From positions 96,001 through 160,000 of the forward strand of contig JAVRCJ020000010.1 in assembly GCA_034530875.2 (NCBI GenBank): 64,000 nt of DNA, in the 5' to 3' direction. The translations under genes and the position numbers were made by a program. Shown here one piece after another: positions 22,001-31,616 of this stretch. The notes under the pieces were generated by a model, which was not told the DNA's origin, did not search any database, and was given only the letters and a program-made list of their open reading frames with translations. This DNA comes from Nostoc sp. DedSLP01. Its GTDB lineage: Bacteria > Cyanobacteriota > Cyanobacteriia > Cyanobacteriales > Nostocaceae. Position 1 is the first letter of the stretch. The number at the start of each line of letters is the position of its first letter.

Positions 22001-23792
22001 GGGTGTAGTTTGTATTATCAATGGGACTTGTGATGCCTGGTTGGGGATATAAAACTTCTAATAATGGTTTGTCGAGATATGGTTTGAGGATTTGGTCGCA
22101 TTGGTCGATGGTTTGGCGGAATTTGGCTTGGGTTTGGTATAATTTTTGCCCCATGCCTGCGTACTGCGACCCTTGCCCTGTAAATAAAAAGGCGATTTTA
22201 CGGCGCTTGTTGCCTTGTGCCTGACCTGTTACTACTCCAGTTGCTTGAGTTCCGGCAGCGAACAGTTGCAACTGCTGCTGTAATTCAGAGTTAGATTTTG
22301 CTAGAACTGCTAAACGGTGTTCAAATTGCGATCGCTTTGTATTAGCCGTATAGCAAATATCTGCCAAAGCTAATTCTGGATTTTCATCTAAAAAGTTTGT
22401 ATAACGTTGTGCTAATTCAGATAAAGCTGCAGGAGTTTTTGCTGAGAGAGTCAGTAGATGCAAAGGACGTTCCAGGGTATCTACTTCCTGGCTGCGATTT
22501 CCTTGTTGCTGCGGTCTACCTTCTTCTAAAATCACATGGGCATTAGTACCGCCAAAACCAAAGGAACTGATACCTGCAAAGCGAGGTGTATTGACCTGCC
22601 AAGGTTGCAGTTGGCAAGGAATAGCAAAGGGAGTGCCAGCAAAGGAAATTAACGGATTTAGCTCCTGAAGGTTTAAATGAGGCGGAATTTGTTGATGTTT
22701 CAGTGCCAAAACTACTTTCAGCAACCCAGCCATTCCGGCCGCGGCTTCCAAATGACCGATATTGGTTTTCACCGAACCAATCCAGCATGGTTGCTCGGAA
22801 CTACGTCCTTGTATGAGAACGGTTTTCAGAGCTTTGATTTCGATGGGATCTCCCAGTGATGTCCCGGTGCCATGAGCCTCAATATAGCTAATTTGGGAAG
22901 GTTCAACACCAGCATTTTGTAGTGCTTGGCGAATCACAGCTTGTTGAGCAGAGCCGTTGGGTGCCGTCATCCCATTGCTCAGACCATCTTGGTTAACTGC
23001 TGAACCTCTGATAATTGCCTGAATATTATCTCCATCCCTAATTGCATCCGCCAGACGTTTGAGTACTATCACCCCACATCCTTCACCACGGACATAACCA
23101 TTGGCTTTAGCGTCAAAGGTTTTACAACGTCCATCCCCTGCCATCATGTGAGCGTTAGAGTACGTGATGGTCTGTTGCGGAGACAACATCAAGCTGACGG
23201 CTCCGACTACAAATAAATCAGTTTCTTGATTTCGCAAACTCTGACAGGCTTGGTGCAGCGCCACTAAGGAGGACGAGCAAGCCGTTTCAATTGTAAAACT
23301 CGGCCCCTTGAGATTTAATAGGTACGATAGGCGAGTAGCAGCAATACTAATGGTATTTCCAGTACCATGATATGCACTGATGCGGTCTAAGTCTTTGGAT
23401 GACAAGATGCCGTAGTCATAATTACCGATGCCAACGACAACCCCCGTTTGGCTGCCAGATATTTCAGCAGGTACAATCCCAGCATTTTCTAAGGCTTCCC
23501 AAGCAACTTCTAAAACTAGGCGTTGCTGAGGATCCATTGCTTTCGCTTCCCGAGGAGAAATGCCAAACAAGTCCGGATCGAACTTATCTACTTGTTCAAT
23601 AAATCCACCGAAACGAGTGTTCATTTTTCCTGGCGTCCCAGGTTGGGGATGGTAAAATTTTTCAATGTCCCATCGATCCACCGGCACTTCTGAAATAGCA
23701 TCAATGCCATTGCGTAAAAGATGCCAAAAAGCTTCTGGATTGTTAGCACCAGGAAAACGACAGCCAATACCAATAATTGCTACGGGTTCCAC
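19071..23792 (-). CDS. Type I PKS KS-AT-KR-ACP (first extension module)
   Basis: Starts directly at EPVAIIG with no docking domain. TACSSS, HGTGT, GHSVG, HAFH; KR WGSKGQAHYAAAN (A-type Trp, no LDD); GIDSL. Confidence 0.96.
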   Translation of the reverse strand: MEPVAIIGIGCRFPGANNPEAFWHLLRNGIDAISEVPVDRWDIEKFYHPQPGTPGKMNTRFGGFIEQVDKFDPDLFGISPREAKAMDPQQRLVLEVAWEALENAGIVPAEISGSQTGVVVGIGNYDYGILSSKDLDRISAYHGTGNTISIAATRLSYLLNLKGPSFTIETACSSSLVALHQACQSLRNQETDLFVVGAVSLMLSPQQTITYSNAHMMAGDGRCKTFDAKANGYVRGEGCGVIVLKRLADAIRDGDNIQAIIRGSAVNQDGLSNGMTAPNGSAQQAVIRQALQNAGVEPSQISYIEAHGTGTSLGDPIEIKALKTVLIQGRSSEQPCWIGSVKTNIGHLEAAAGMAGLLKVVLALKHQQIPPHLNLQELNPLISFAGTPFAIPCQLQPWQVNTPRFAGISSFGFGGTNAHVILEEGRPQQQGNRSQEVDTLERPLHLLTLSAKTPAALSELAQRYTNFLDENPELALADICYTANTKRSQFEHRLAVLAKSNSELQQQLQLFAAGTQATGVVTGQAQGNKRRKIAFLFTGQGSQYAGMGQKLYQTQAKFRQTIDQCDQILKPYLDKPLLEVLYPQPGITSPIDNTNYTQAALFALEYALYQLWQSWGIKPDIVLGHSVGEYVAACVAGVFSLEDGLKLIAARGRLMQALPENGSMVAVMATVEQLQPLLAAYSEKIAIAAVNGARSLVISGEKSAISEICSQLASMGIKTKPLQVSHAFHSPLMQPMLADFMQVANSIKFAAPKLKLISNLTGELATQEIATPEYWCRHILSPVEFAASIATLEQQKVAAYVEIGPKPILLGMGRECVTKAEGLWLPSLRPGQDDWQVMLSSLAQLHCHGVAVDWQGFDAVYERMRLHLPTYPFQRQRFWVESKSEQKTDDLVQSSIVKLLHQGNVEQLTQQLASQLSADEQIYLPKLLEVLVKQHHLEIASPTIPDWFYQIAWQPQSRRQSEAQVPQQLGSWLILGDRGGLGQAIAQLLENQGHRCILVYPGDVYQQQETTTWSVNPAHREDFSRLLQEALPSGELPWRGVIHLWNLETTQTTDFSLSGECISVLHLIGAIAEYQQPVTPTLWLVTRGAMSVNSSLPAVQQSPVWGVGKVVALEHPELWGGMIDLDPQPTANEALTLLAEINDAQKEDHLAFRSGQRYVARLVPMQPTASSQTNFNYDGTYLITGGLGALGLKLAEWLVNQGVKSLVLLGRRGASSEAQATISKMQAAGIKILIAQADVSNKTDMLRVLETVAESMPPLKGVIHAAGVVGYDTITGMDLTTWESILRPKVLGGWILHQLTENLELDLFVSFSSIASVWGSKGQAHYAAANHFLDTLANYRRSKGLPALSVNWGPWAEVGMAVGEAEQFLARMGVQALQPQLALNALGVALKADASQVTIANIDWTVFKGIYEARGQRLLLEKLGRQVQENTGKAVEKKSEILQKLATATVNERQIILIAYLQTQISQVLGMSELPETHRGFFEMGIDSLMAVDLKTRLETALNCSLPGTLLFEAPNIQDLATYLGKEVLHWQDEQQEVETEPTTDVLEITHLSDDELEASIAERLAQLESLIG
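21159..22198. repeat. ~1.04 kb near-identical AT-domain duplicate (copy 2)
   Basis: Matches 16290-17329. Confidence 0.9.
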
Positions 23793-23922
23793 AACAAAGA
23801 CCTCAAATCCTTAGTATCGCTACTGATACATCAAATGATGTTGATACTCGCCATCGTTTTTACCTAGATATTGCTGATTTATTGATGTTGAGAAAAATCA
23901 TCACTTTTCAGCCACACCTAGG

Positions 23923-25296
23923 CTAAACAACAGCACCAGCAAACTTAACAAATGCTGATTTATTTCGTTGAATAGCTTGTTCGATTGAGCCACCAGCAGC
24001 CATTAACCGCATTTCACGGTTTACAGGCCATAGATAGTCAAGACGACCAAAGAATTTCTGCATATCGAATAACAGATCTTGGTGATACTTGAGATTCAGA
24101 TGAAATCCTTCATGCTCTTGACACAAGCATTTTTCTAGCCAGTGGATAGCATCACGACTAGACATCCCAAATAAGGGAGATGTTAACAACCGATAATATG
24201 CAGTCATAAAAGACGCATCATCTCGGAATGTAACAGGTAACACAGCTGACAATCCGTTCAACAAACCGCCTTGCAGGCGATAGATAATCATGTTCGACAA
24301 CAGTTTTTCATAAGCTGTCGGTTTGGGGAAGTCTTTATAGACCTCCTGAGAAATCACATTGGACATTGTTGTATGAAAGGCTTCATCCAACAAGTGATAG
24401 TAAGAAACTTGTAAAGGAGCAGGAATGAATTGGTTTTTTCTCTCTAGTTCTCTAAACTGGCGGAAGAAGCGATGCTCGTAAGCCTTGAGGGACATATTAG
24501 CAATCATACGAGCCGAGTAATACTGAGCTGCCATGAAAGGCGAACTACCCCAGTTCAAAGTCAAGAATTTAAAGGCAGATATAGAAGCTGTTACGCCTGC
24601 TAACCCATCAGTTGTTGTTGGAATACGATCGACACCACGTTCTTCTAAAAACTGGGAATAATAATCTGCATTCTGGCGATGCATCAGTTTAGTAATCGCT
24701 CTAAATGTAGATTCTTGGAGGGATGACCAATATTCCTTGTTTTGCGACAGCTTGAACTTACCCAACAAGCTAGTGTTGGATTTGGCTAACTTTTTATGCA
24801 GAGTATTACCTAAGGACTGCTTACCTAACAAAGCTACCTTAGTTTTATACCCAATTCTTTGAAAGGTAGTAATGTGAGATTTTTCTTGATTGGTTTCTAA
24901 ATCTAGCTCTTGACACAGAGTTTGGTAGCCACCAAGCTTCGTAAATACACCTGATGTTACTTGGTTGTAAAGCATGGTGTTGGATTCAGAAGCAGCTGTG
25001 TGCTGATACTGTCCAACCCAATATAAATGATTCAAAGCCAGCTTTTGAGAAGTTGAAGCCTGTTCGTAAAGAGGTGTGCCATATAAAGTTGAAAGTTCAG
25101 GTTCGCCCCAGAAATAATTGCTGTTACTGCTATAGTCAAAATTTTTCCCTAGAGCTTCTATTTTTTCAGTGTAATCCGAGTCAGTGTTATTGTTGTATGT
25201 TTTTTCAATTATTTGAAAATGCTTTTTTTGCTTTTTCTTTGATGTATTTAACGATCGTTGATTGTTAGATACCGTGTTGGATGCTATGGATACCAT
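23923..25296 (-). CDS. CylC-like dimetal-carboxylate halogenase
   Basis: LYGTPLYEQAS..QKLALNHLYW, ETNQEKSH and YHLLDEAFH metal-ligand motifs. It lies in an FAAL-ACP-halogenase-PKS arrangement like cylA-D. Confidence 0.9.
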   Translation of the reverse strand: MVSIASNTVSNNQRSLNTSKKKQKKHFQIIEKTYNNNTDSDYTEKIEALGKNFDYSSNSNYFWGEPELSTLYGTPLYEQASTSQKLALNHLYWVGQYQHTAASESNTMLYNQVTSGVFTKLGGYQTLCQELDLETNQEKSHITTFQRIGYKTKVALLGKQSLGNTLHKKLAKSNTSLLGKFKLSQNKEYWSSLQESTFRAITKLMHRQNADYYSQFLEERGVDRIPTTTDGLAGVTASISAFKFLTLNWGSSPFMAAQYYSARMIANMSLKAYEHRFFRQFRELERKNQFIPAPLQVSYYHLLDEAFHTTMSNVISQEVYKDFPKPTAYEKLLSNMIIYRLQGGLLNGLSAVLPVTFRDDASFMTAYYRLLTSPLFGMSSRDAIHWLEKCLCQEHEGFHLNLKYHQDLLFDMQKFFGRLDYLWPVNREMRLMAAGGSIEQAIQRNKSAFVKFAGAVV

Positions 25297-25349
25297 TTAT
25301 ACCCTCAATGACGAATGCAAAACAAAGAAAATCAGCTTTTACCCAATGA

Positions 25350-25391
25350 CATCAAAAGTTGGCTTTTTGGCAAACAAGCCAGTTTTTGATG
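25350..25391. other. Intergenic stem-loop between ACP and halogenase
   Basis: catcaaaagttggctt ... aagccagtttttgatg imperfect inverted repeat. Confidence 0.55.
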
Positions 25392-25436
25392 ACTGACAAA
25401 CTAGAAAAACGCTGCTACAACCTTGAGTTATAGCGA

Positions 25437-25754
25437 TTAATACAATTGAGAACTTAAATGCTCGACAAGACTTTCAATAGTAGGGTAGTCGTAGAGCAGT
25501 GTAGGATCTAAGTCCAATCCCAGCCAATCTGCTAAATCACCGGTCAAACCAACTGCTACAGAAGAATCTAATCCATAAGTACTAAAGGGTACAGTAGTAT
25601 CAATGTCTTCTGTTCCTACTTCTAGCAAATTAGCTATATATGAAAGAATCCAATTTTGAACTTCTTCAGCAGATGGAAGTTGCTTTAATTCCTGTTCTTT
25701 GGTATCTTTCTCAATTTGAGAAACTTGCATTAAATCAAGATTTTGAGTTGTCAT
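25437..25754 (-). CDS. Stand-alone acyl carrier protein
   Basis: YGLDSS phosphopantetheine motif and YDYPTI; follows the FAAL. Confidence 0.95.
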   Translation of the reverse strand: MTTQNLDLMQVSQIEKDTKEQELKQLPSAEEVQNWILSYIANLLEVGTEDIDTTVPFSTYGLDSSVAVGLTGDLADWLGLDLDPTLLYDYPTIESLVEHLSSQLY

Positions 25755-26203
25755 TGTTGCTATTTAACTCGATTATTTAGATATTTTTTAAGTTCGCCTG
25801 GGAAAGAATTACTAAAATAAAATTTCCTCGAAGGATCGGAAAAATAGCTGATATATTTATCAGGCTATTAAATTGACACCACTGATATATTTTCTGTAAT
25901 TCTTCTGATAATACTATTACAGAAATGATTTTTTTGAAATACGTATCCGAATATTTTACCAATCTATTAAAATTCACTTTATATTAAATGTATTAAAACA
26001 GTATATTTCTGGATGCGTGTCTATTTTACCCATTAGAAACACAGCAGATTGCAATTTGGTAAATTACAGGATAAGCAGTAAAAAAACCAGCTTTTAAAAT
26101 GCTTTTTAATTGACTATAAACTACAGTATTTGGCTTTATAATATCCTCACAACCCCCCTTTTACAGGGGGTTTAGTTTTCTACTTTTTCAGGAGGATTAA
26201 ATT

Positions 26204-28051
26204 CTATCCTTGTTTTTCAACTTGCAATTTCTGCAAAATAGTTTCAATCTCTGCTTGTAAATTCATATACTTTTTGGTGCTTTCTGGACTTTCACTCCAG
26301 TCTTGTACAATATCTAAACTGCCTGATAAAAACGCAGCCCGACAAGCATAACGGCGAATTTTACCGCTAGAAGTTTTAGGAATACTTCCAGTTTTCACCA
26401 GTACCACAGCAAAGACATCTAGACCATGTTCTGTGATTACTGCTTGTCTAACCTTATTAACGACTTCTTGAACGTTTAATTTCTTCAAGTAAGTTCTTTC
26501 GACTTCAGCAACAACAACCAATCTTTCAGAGCCTTTGAATTCTACTGCGAAGGCAGCTAAACAACCTATCCTCAAAGCAGGATGGCTCTTCTCTACAGTG
26601 AGTTCAATGTCTTGAGGATAATGGTTTTGCCCGCGAATAATGATGATATCTTTAATCCGACCTGTGACAAACAGTTCGTTATTTTGTAAAAATCCTAAAT
26701 CTCCTGTACGTAGAAACGGGCCTGACGCTTCGCGATCGCTAATTTCCGTATCAGCAAGATAAGCATAAAAGCTTTTTTCTGTCAGTTCAGCTTGGTTCCA
26801 GTAGCCTTGAGCCACACTTGGGCCTGATATCCAGATTTCGCCAACTTCTTTCTCAGAACAAACGCTTAAAGATTCGGGATTGACAATGACAATCTTCATA
26901 TCTTCACAGCTTTGTCCGCACCCGATGAGGGTTCTGGCATCTATCTGTTCGTTTGTAACTTTGACTACTCGATTTTGCTCTAGTGCAGCAGGATCGACTT
27001 TACAAACGATTGGTAATTGCGTTTTCGCTCCTCCAGAAACAATCAGAGTTGTTTCCGCCATCCCGTAGCATGGGTAGAATGCTTTTTGACGAAAACCGCA
27101 GGCTGCAAAAGTTTTGGCGAATTCCTCTAATGTGTGAGCGCGAATCGGTTCGGCTCCTGTAAAAGCAACATCCCAACTACTTAAGTCTAGGCTTTCTAAG
27201 TGTTCGGGCGTGACCTTACGTAAGCATAGCTCGTATGCAAAGTTGGGACCGCCACTAGTAGTAGCTTGGTAGCGAGAAATTGCTTGTAACCAACGCATGG
27301 GTTTTTGCAAAAAGTCTACCGGTGACATCAATACCACGGGAAACCCAACGTAAAGGGGTTGTAAAATACCGCCTATCAATCCCATGTCATGATAAGGAGG
27401 TAACCAAATCAAACCTTTGCTGTTGGATGAATGGCCGAAAGATTGGGCAATGAGGTGAGAATTATGTAAAAGGTTGTTATGGCTGACCATTACACCTTTG
27501 GGATTGCCAGTAGAACCAGAGGTGTACTGTAAAAAAGCTAAGGAATTCTCTTCAAGTTGTACTTGCTGCCACGATCGCGTGAGTTCGCTATCCAATGCAT
27601 CGGTAGTTAACCATTGCAATTTAGCTAGTTCTAAACCTTGTTCGGCAAAAAGCTCGCGGTTATTCACTAATGTTGTTGTAGTGAGTACTATTTGAGCTTC
27701 AGCATCGGCTGTAATTGCTTGCAGTCTATTAAGATTTTGATTTTTTCTCGGTGGATATGCAGGAACGGCTACAACTCCAGCATATAAACATCCAAAGAAG
27801 GCAGCAATAAAATCTAATCCGGGCTGATAAAGCAGCAGGGCGCGTTGTCCAACAAGATTAAGAGCTTGCAAAGCAGAAGCGATCGCTCTAGACTTCAGAT
27901 GCAGTTGTTCGTAAGTCAAACTATCAGCTTCTTGTTCTCCATTTTTGAGAAATGTATAAGCTTTTTGGTCTGGCTGATGCTTGGCTCGGTAAAGAAGTAT
28001 ATCGACTAACGATGAGGCGCTATCTATTGAATGGCTTAAATTTATGGTCAT
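26204..28051 (-). CDS. Fatty acyl-AMP ligase (FAAL)
   Basis: FLQYTSGSTGNPKG, WLPPYHDMGLIG, YGMAETTL, RTGDLGF, PKTSSGKIRR. Confidence 0.96.
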   Translation of the reverse strand: MTINLSHSIDSASSLVDILLYRAKHQPDQKAYTFLKNGEQEADSLTYEQLHLKSRAIASALQALNLVGQRALLLYQPGLDFIAAFFGCLYAGVVAVPAYPPRKNQNLNRLQAITADAEAQIVLTTTTLVNNRELFAEQGLELAKLQWLTTDALDSELTRSWQQVQLEENSLAFLQYTSGSTGNPKGVMVSHNNLLHNSHLIAQSFGHSSNSKGLIWLPPYHDMGLIGGILQPLYVGFPVVLMSPVDFLQKPMRWLQAISRYQATTSGGPNFAYELCLRKVTPEHLESLDLSSWDVAFTGAEPIRAHTLEEFAKTFAACGFRQKAFYPCYGMAETTLIVSGGAKTQLPIVCKVDPAALEQNRVVKVTNEQIDARTLIGCGQSCEDMKIVIVNPESLSVCSEKEVGEIWISGPSVAQGYWNQAELTEKSFYAYLADTEISDREASGPFLRTGDLGFLQNNELFVTGRIKDIIIIRGQNHYPQDIELTVEKSHPALRIGCLAAFAVEFKGSERLVVVAEVERTYLKKLNVQEVVNKVRQAVITEHGLDVFAVVLVKTGSIPKTSSGKIRRYACRAAFLSGSLDIVQDWSESPESTKKYMNLQAEIETILQKLQVEKQG

Positions 28052-28757
28052 TTTATAGACACCTGATTTTGAATATTTTTCAGTACATTTTCTCTAAGCA
28101 TAGTTTTTGTAAAAGCGCAATTTAGCGCCAACAACAAACCCTTAGATGGCGGAACATGATTGACTATATAGGTGCGAAAATTGATTGCTCTGATAAGGCA
28201 GCAACTAGATAATAAGGGAGTTACAGCCTATTTGATTTTTATCTAGGTATTTTTATTTTTTCCAAGCTGTTTTAACCTAAATTTAATTGCTCAATAACAA
28301 TTTCAACATTTCATACCTGTTGATTTTACATATACTTGATAAAGCGCATGTAAAAAAAGCTATAGCCTGCTTAATAGTATACGGATATCATATTTTTAGG
28401 CTTAAATCAACGTGCGTAAATTATCTTTTACTTAATCTTTATATATGGCTTGATTGCCTCAATGAGAGCAAGAGAAACTCTTTCACAAAAGAAGCAGTAA
28501 TTACAGCAGATAATAAGGTTAAAAGTCTGTTGTTACATGGCTTCTTTCTGAAAATTTGTACCTCATTTACCTGGATTTTGCTATATTATTTGACTTTGTA
28601 GCTATCAGGCTTACTCAACATATTCGCGCAGTTAATAACTGTATATTGCACAAACAAATCGACAGCCAAATTTTTATAAAAAGTCGCTGTAACTTAACGC
28701 CAAAAATAGTTTTGAATTGATTTATTGATGGTTTTAAATTGATTGATTTTCTGTTAT

Positions 28758-28913
28758 ATAGGAATCTGACTTGATTCATGAAATTATTTGCGTGGTGCGC
28801 AAAGCGCAGCGCAAGCGCGATAGACAGGGAGTAGGGAATGGGGAGTAGGGAGTGGGAAAGAAGCCTTGTTTGGGTGTACTGATTTTTTTCACCAAATCAA
28901 ATATGAGTCCTAT
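28758..28913. repeat. MITE-like element with imperfect terminal IRs enclosing STRR heptamers
   Basis: tataggaatctgacttgatt...aatcaaatatgagtcctata; internal gggagta/gggaatg/gggagtg heptamers. Confidence 0.55.
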
Positions 28914-29025
28914 ACTATTTCACTCAATTATTGATACAAATCATTTTTCTTTCTTCCTCTGCTCAAGAACTGCTTGCCTAAATGTATCAACCTTAAAGTG
29001 AAACGGTTTTAGTCCCTTAAATTAC

Positions 29026-29067
29026 TAAAACTCAGATTTTGAAACTGGTTCAAGAATCTGAGTTTAG
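29026..29067 (-). terminator. Hairpin, probable terminator downstream of the 608 aa gene
   Basis: aaactcagatt(ttgaa)...(ttcaag)aatctgagttt inverted repeat about 30 nt after the stop. Confidence 0.55.
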
Positions 29068-29096
29068 CAAAGCGAGTATACTTACGCGATCGATTG

Positions 29097-30923
29097 CTAG
29101 CCTTTATCCTGCCAGATGGGAATTTTATCTGGTTTGACAGAATTTCCTAATTTCTCAAAATCTGCTTTGCTCATATAGTGTACTCTCGGTAAATATTCCC
29201 CTAAAGCACCATCGTGAGAGTTATTTCCGATCAGAGAACGGTCGTATCGTTTGCTAGCCCAATCACTTGCCCATCCCATTCTGCGATCGTCTGGGGTTAA
29301 AGCAAAGTCCCAATCGGGGTAAACACTTATCCACCGTAAAGTCCAGGTGACGTTTGCAGTCGGCCCCCAATTTACCCAGGTGACACCATTGCTGGCTGTT
29401 GCATTTTTAGGGCGGTCTTCCGGTCGAGAGAGAACGATCGCATATCGCCGTTGATTATCTGTGATGATTTCATCATCCATGACTGAATGTAAGGCTGCAC
29501 CAACAAACCCATCAGGTTCTGGTAACGCTGTATCGGTAGCAGTAATTGACCAGTAACGAGCTTGGGCTTTTTTTATGGTGTCTTCACCTTTGCGGGTTCG
29601 TGGGGTAGTCGGCAGTTTACCGGTTAAGACCGCAACCTTACCCCATCCCAAAGACATGCCACGTACTAAATAATTAATGTAATTACATTCAGTTGCTCCC
29701 ACTGAATAGTTACCAGGTGGAGGCATATCTTCTCCGCGGCCTGTGACACCAAGATCGAGATCGCGCACATACTTCTGGTCTAGTTTCAACCAGGGAACTT
29801 CCTGCGCCATTCCTGTAACAATTGCTCGAAAAATCCCAAATTTTTTGAACCACCCCGTTTTTGCATCTTTATATTGAGTTGGTTCTGCGGGAAGTGTCGA
29901 TTTGGCAGCAATCCGCCGATTAACTCGCTTTGTCCAACGTTCAAAATCACTTTGGATATAGTATTTTCTACCATCCGGAAGCTGATAATAGATTTTGGGA
30001 AGTGGTACACCTCCTAAGGAATCTTTGTTTTTATCTATTGCGTAATAGCGAATCCATATCTGACCCATATCCCATACACCCAGTCCATGACCCCAAGGTT
30101 TAGTCTCTCCCCAAGGCCCTTGATACATAATTGCGCCACCCACGCGATTGTTGCCGGGTGCGCGATAGTAAGGAGGACGAAATGCTCGATTCAAATCAAC
30201 AGGATTACCGATTGCTAAATCGAATGTGACTCGATATTTACGTTTGGCAGCGTTACGATCTGCCCCGACTCGGAAGGGATTGACATTTCCCGGTAGCGGA
30301 TTGATATCAACATCTACAATCGGCACTTCACCAACACCAAAGCCCCCATATCGATAGGCTTCAGGATGAAAAGAAGGTGTGATTTGAATATCAAAGAACC
30401 GCGCATAAGGAAATTCTCCTTCAATGATTACCTTACTGCCAAAGGGAGCAAGCAAATTAGGTATCACTAGGTAGGTTGCATTGGGGTCTGGGAAAAACCC
30501 ACGAGTTGCTTTGAGATTAATTTTCTCGGCAGGTCGAATTGCCCATTGTTGCTTAGGTGTAATATTTTCAGGCTTAACTACGCGAAAATTACGAAATTGT
30601 TTAGTATCAACTCCTTTTGGAATCAATTTACTAGGAATTTGAGCAGGAGCCTTATCTGCAAACCATGCTTTAACGTGGGCTTCGAGATTATCGGAGATTT
30701 CTTGTGCTTTGGCAATTACTACTTTTCTATCCCGGAAATGAGGGAATTTAGGTGGAGATGGTGCCAGCCAAGAAGGACGATTTGCTTGTGCCATTACTTG
30801 AGGTTGAGAATTGGCTTTCACAAGATTGGCACGATGGTTAAAATTGGCTGCTAGTAAGTACAATCCTAGAGAAAGCACAGCAGTCAGAGCAATCTTCAAA
30901 AACCGATTGCGGAGACAATTCAT
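29097..30923 (-). CDS. Secreted/periplasmic protein of unknown function
   Basis: 608 aa ORF with a basic + hydrophobic N-terminal signal. It has FPDPNATY, GEFPYARFF, NPFRVGA.R and ARYWSI motifs and is Pro/Trp/Gly-rich. Confidence 0.75.
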   Translation of the reverse strand: MNCLRNRFLKIALTAVLSLGLYLLAANFNHRANLVKANSQPQVMAQANRPSWLAPSPPKFPHFRDRKVVIAKAQEISDNLEAHVKAWFADKAPAQIPSKLIPKGVDTKQFRNFRVVKPENITPKQQWAIRPAEKINLKATRGFFPDPNATYLVIPNLLAPFGSKVIIEGEFPYARFFDIQITPSFHPEAYRYGGFGVGEVPIVDVDINPLPGNVNPFRVGADRNAAKRKYRVTFDLAIGNPVDLNRAFRPPYYRAPGNNRVGGAIMYQGPWGETKPWGHGLGVWDMGQIWIRYYAIDKNKDSLGGVPLPKIYYQLPDGRKYYIQSDFERWTKRVNRRIAAKSTLPAEPTQYKDAKTGWFKKFGIFRAIVTGMAQEVPWLKLDQKYVRDLDLGVTGRGEDMPPPGNYSVGATECNYINYLVRGMSLGWGKVAVLTGKLPTTPRTRKGEDTIKKAQARYWSITATDTALPEPDGFVGAALHSVMDDEIITDNQRRYAIVLSRPEDRPKNATASNGVTWVNWGPTANVTWTLRWISVYPDWDFALTPDDRRMGWASDWASKRYDRSLIGNNSHDGALGEYLPRVHYMSKADFEKLGNSVKPDKIPIWQDKG

Positions 30924-31616
30924 AGCTCTAATAGCTCCGATTGGTTGACAAAACTTTGCTATTTGCTTATTGAATAAGCGTTAAACCTAGAAAGGTTTTT
31001 GTAAATAAATATTAAGCTGTTGAGCTTTCTTACCTCAATATCAAATCAGTTATCACCACATATAACATTCCTACATGATTTCGGGTAGGATTTTTAATTT
31101 TGGATAAAGTCTTACCTAGTTGTATAGTCCTTTTGATAAGAGGTTATGTGATGTTTGAACGAATATTTACGATCGCAGATAAAGCAGGAAATTTTAATTT
31201 ATAAGTACTTAAGCAAAGTATCCATTACAATCTAGAACAATTTGTCAATAGTAGTGTTACTTAAAATAATCTTATAAATTAATGTTTTTAATACAAATTA
31301 TAACAGCTATAATACTTGCAGCAGGTTACACTGACAGCTAATTTCCATCGGCATTATTCATTATTGGCGCATAAATTCAGTATAGTAGGAAACTTTAAAT
31401 CTTGATTTTTTCTAAATTTTTAACATAAATAGTAATTAATAAATATTCAATTCTCATAGATGAGGTTTAACTGCTAAACAATGCTAAAGTTAAGCAGAAA
31501 GTAATATGTTTTGCAAAAAGCACAATCGTTTTGTGGGATGGCGATCGCGTTGTTAAAAAGCTAGTTCAAGTTATCAAAATCAGGAACTTTTGACAAATGC
31601 TAATCTATATTTAAAA

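Noticed and set aside
13386..23602. Numerous 60-136 aa + strand ORFs within the PKS genes
   Set aside because: Antisense shadows; the duplicated ones simply mirror the duplicated AT.
1..28051. Assignment as a cylindrocyclophane, bartoloside, columbamide or chlorosphaerolactylate cluster
   Set aside because: It shares FAAL/ACP/CylC (and CylK-like) genes but lacks the type III PKS, HMG cassette, DarAB or NRPS modules those pathways need. Gene symbols were therefore not assigned.
28287..28601. 104 aa ORF upstream of the FAAL (and 25777-25977, 34085-34355)
   Set aside because: AT-rich intergenic or promoter DNA with low-complexity translation and no recognisable motifs.
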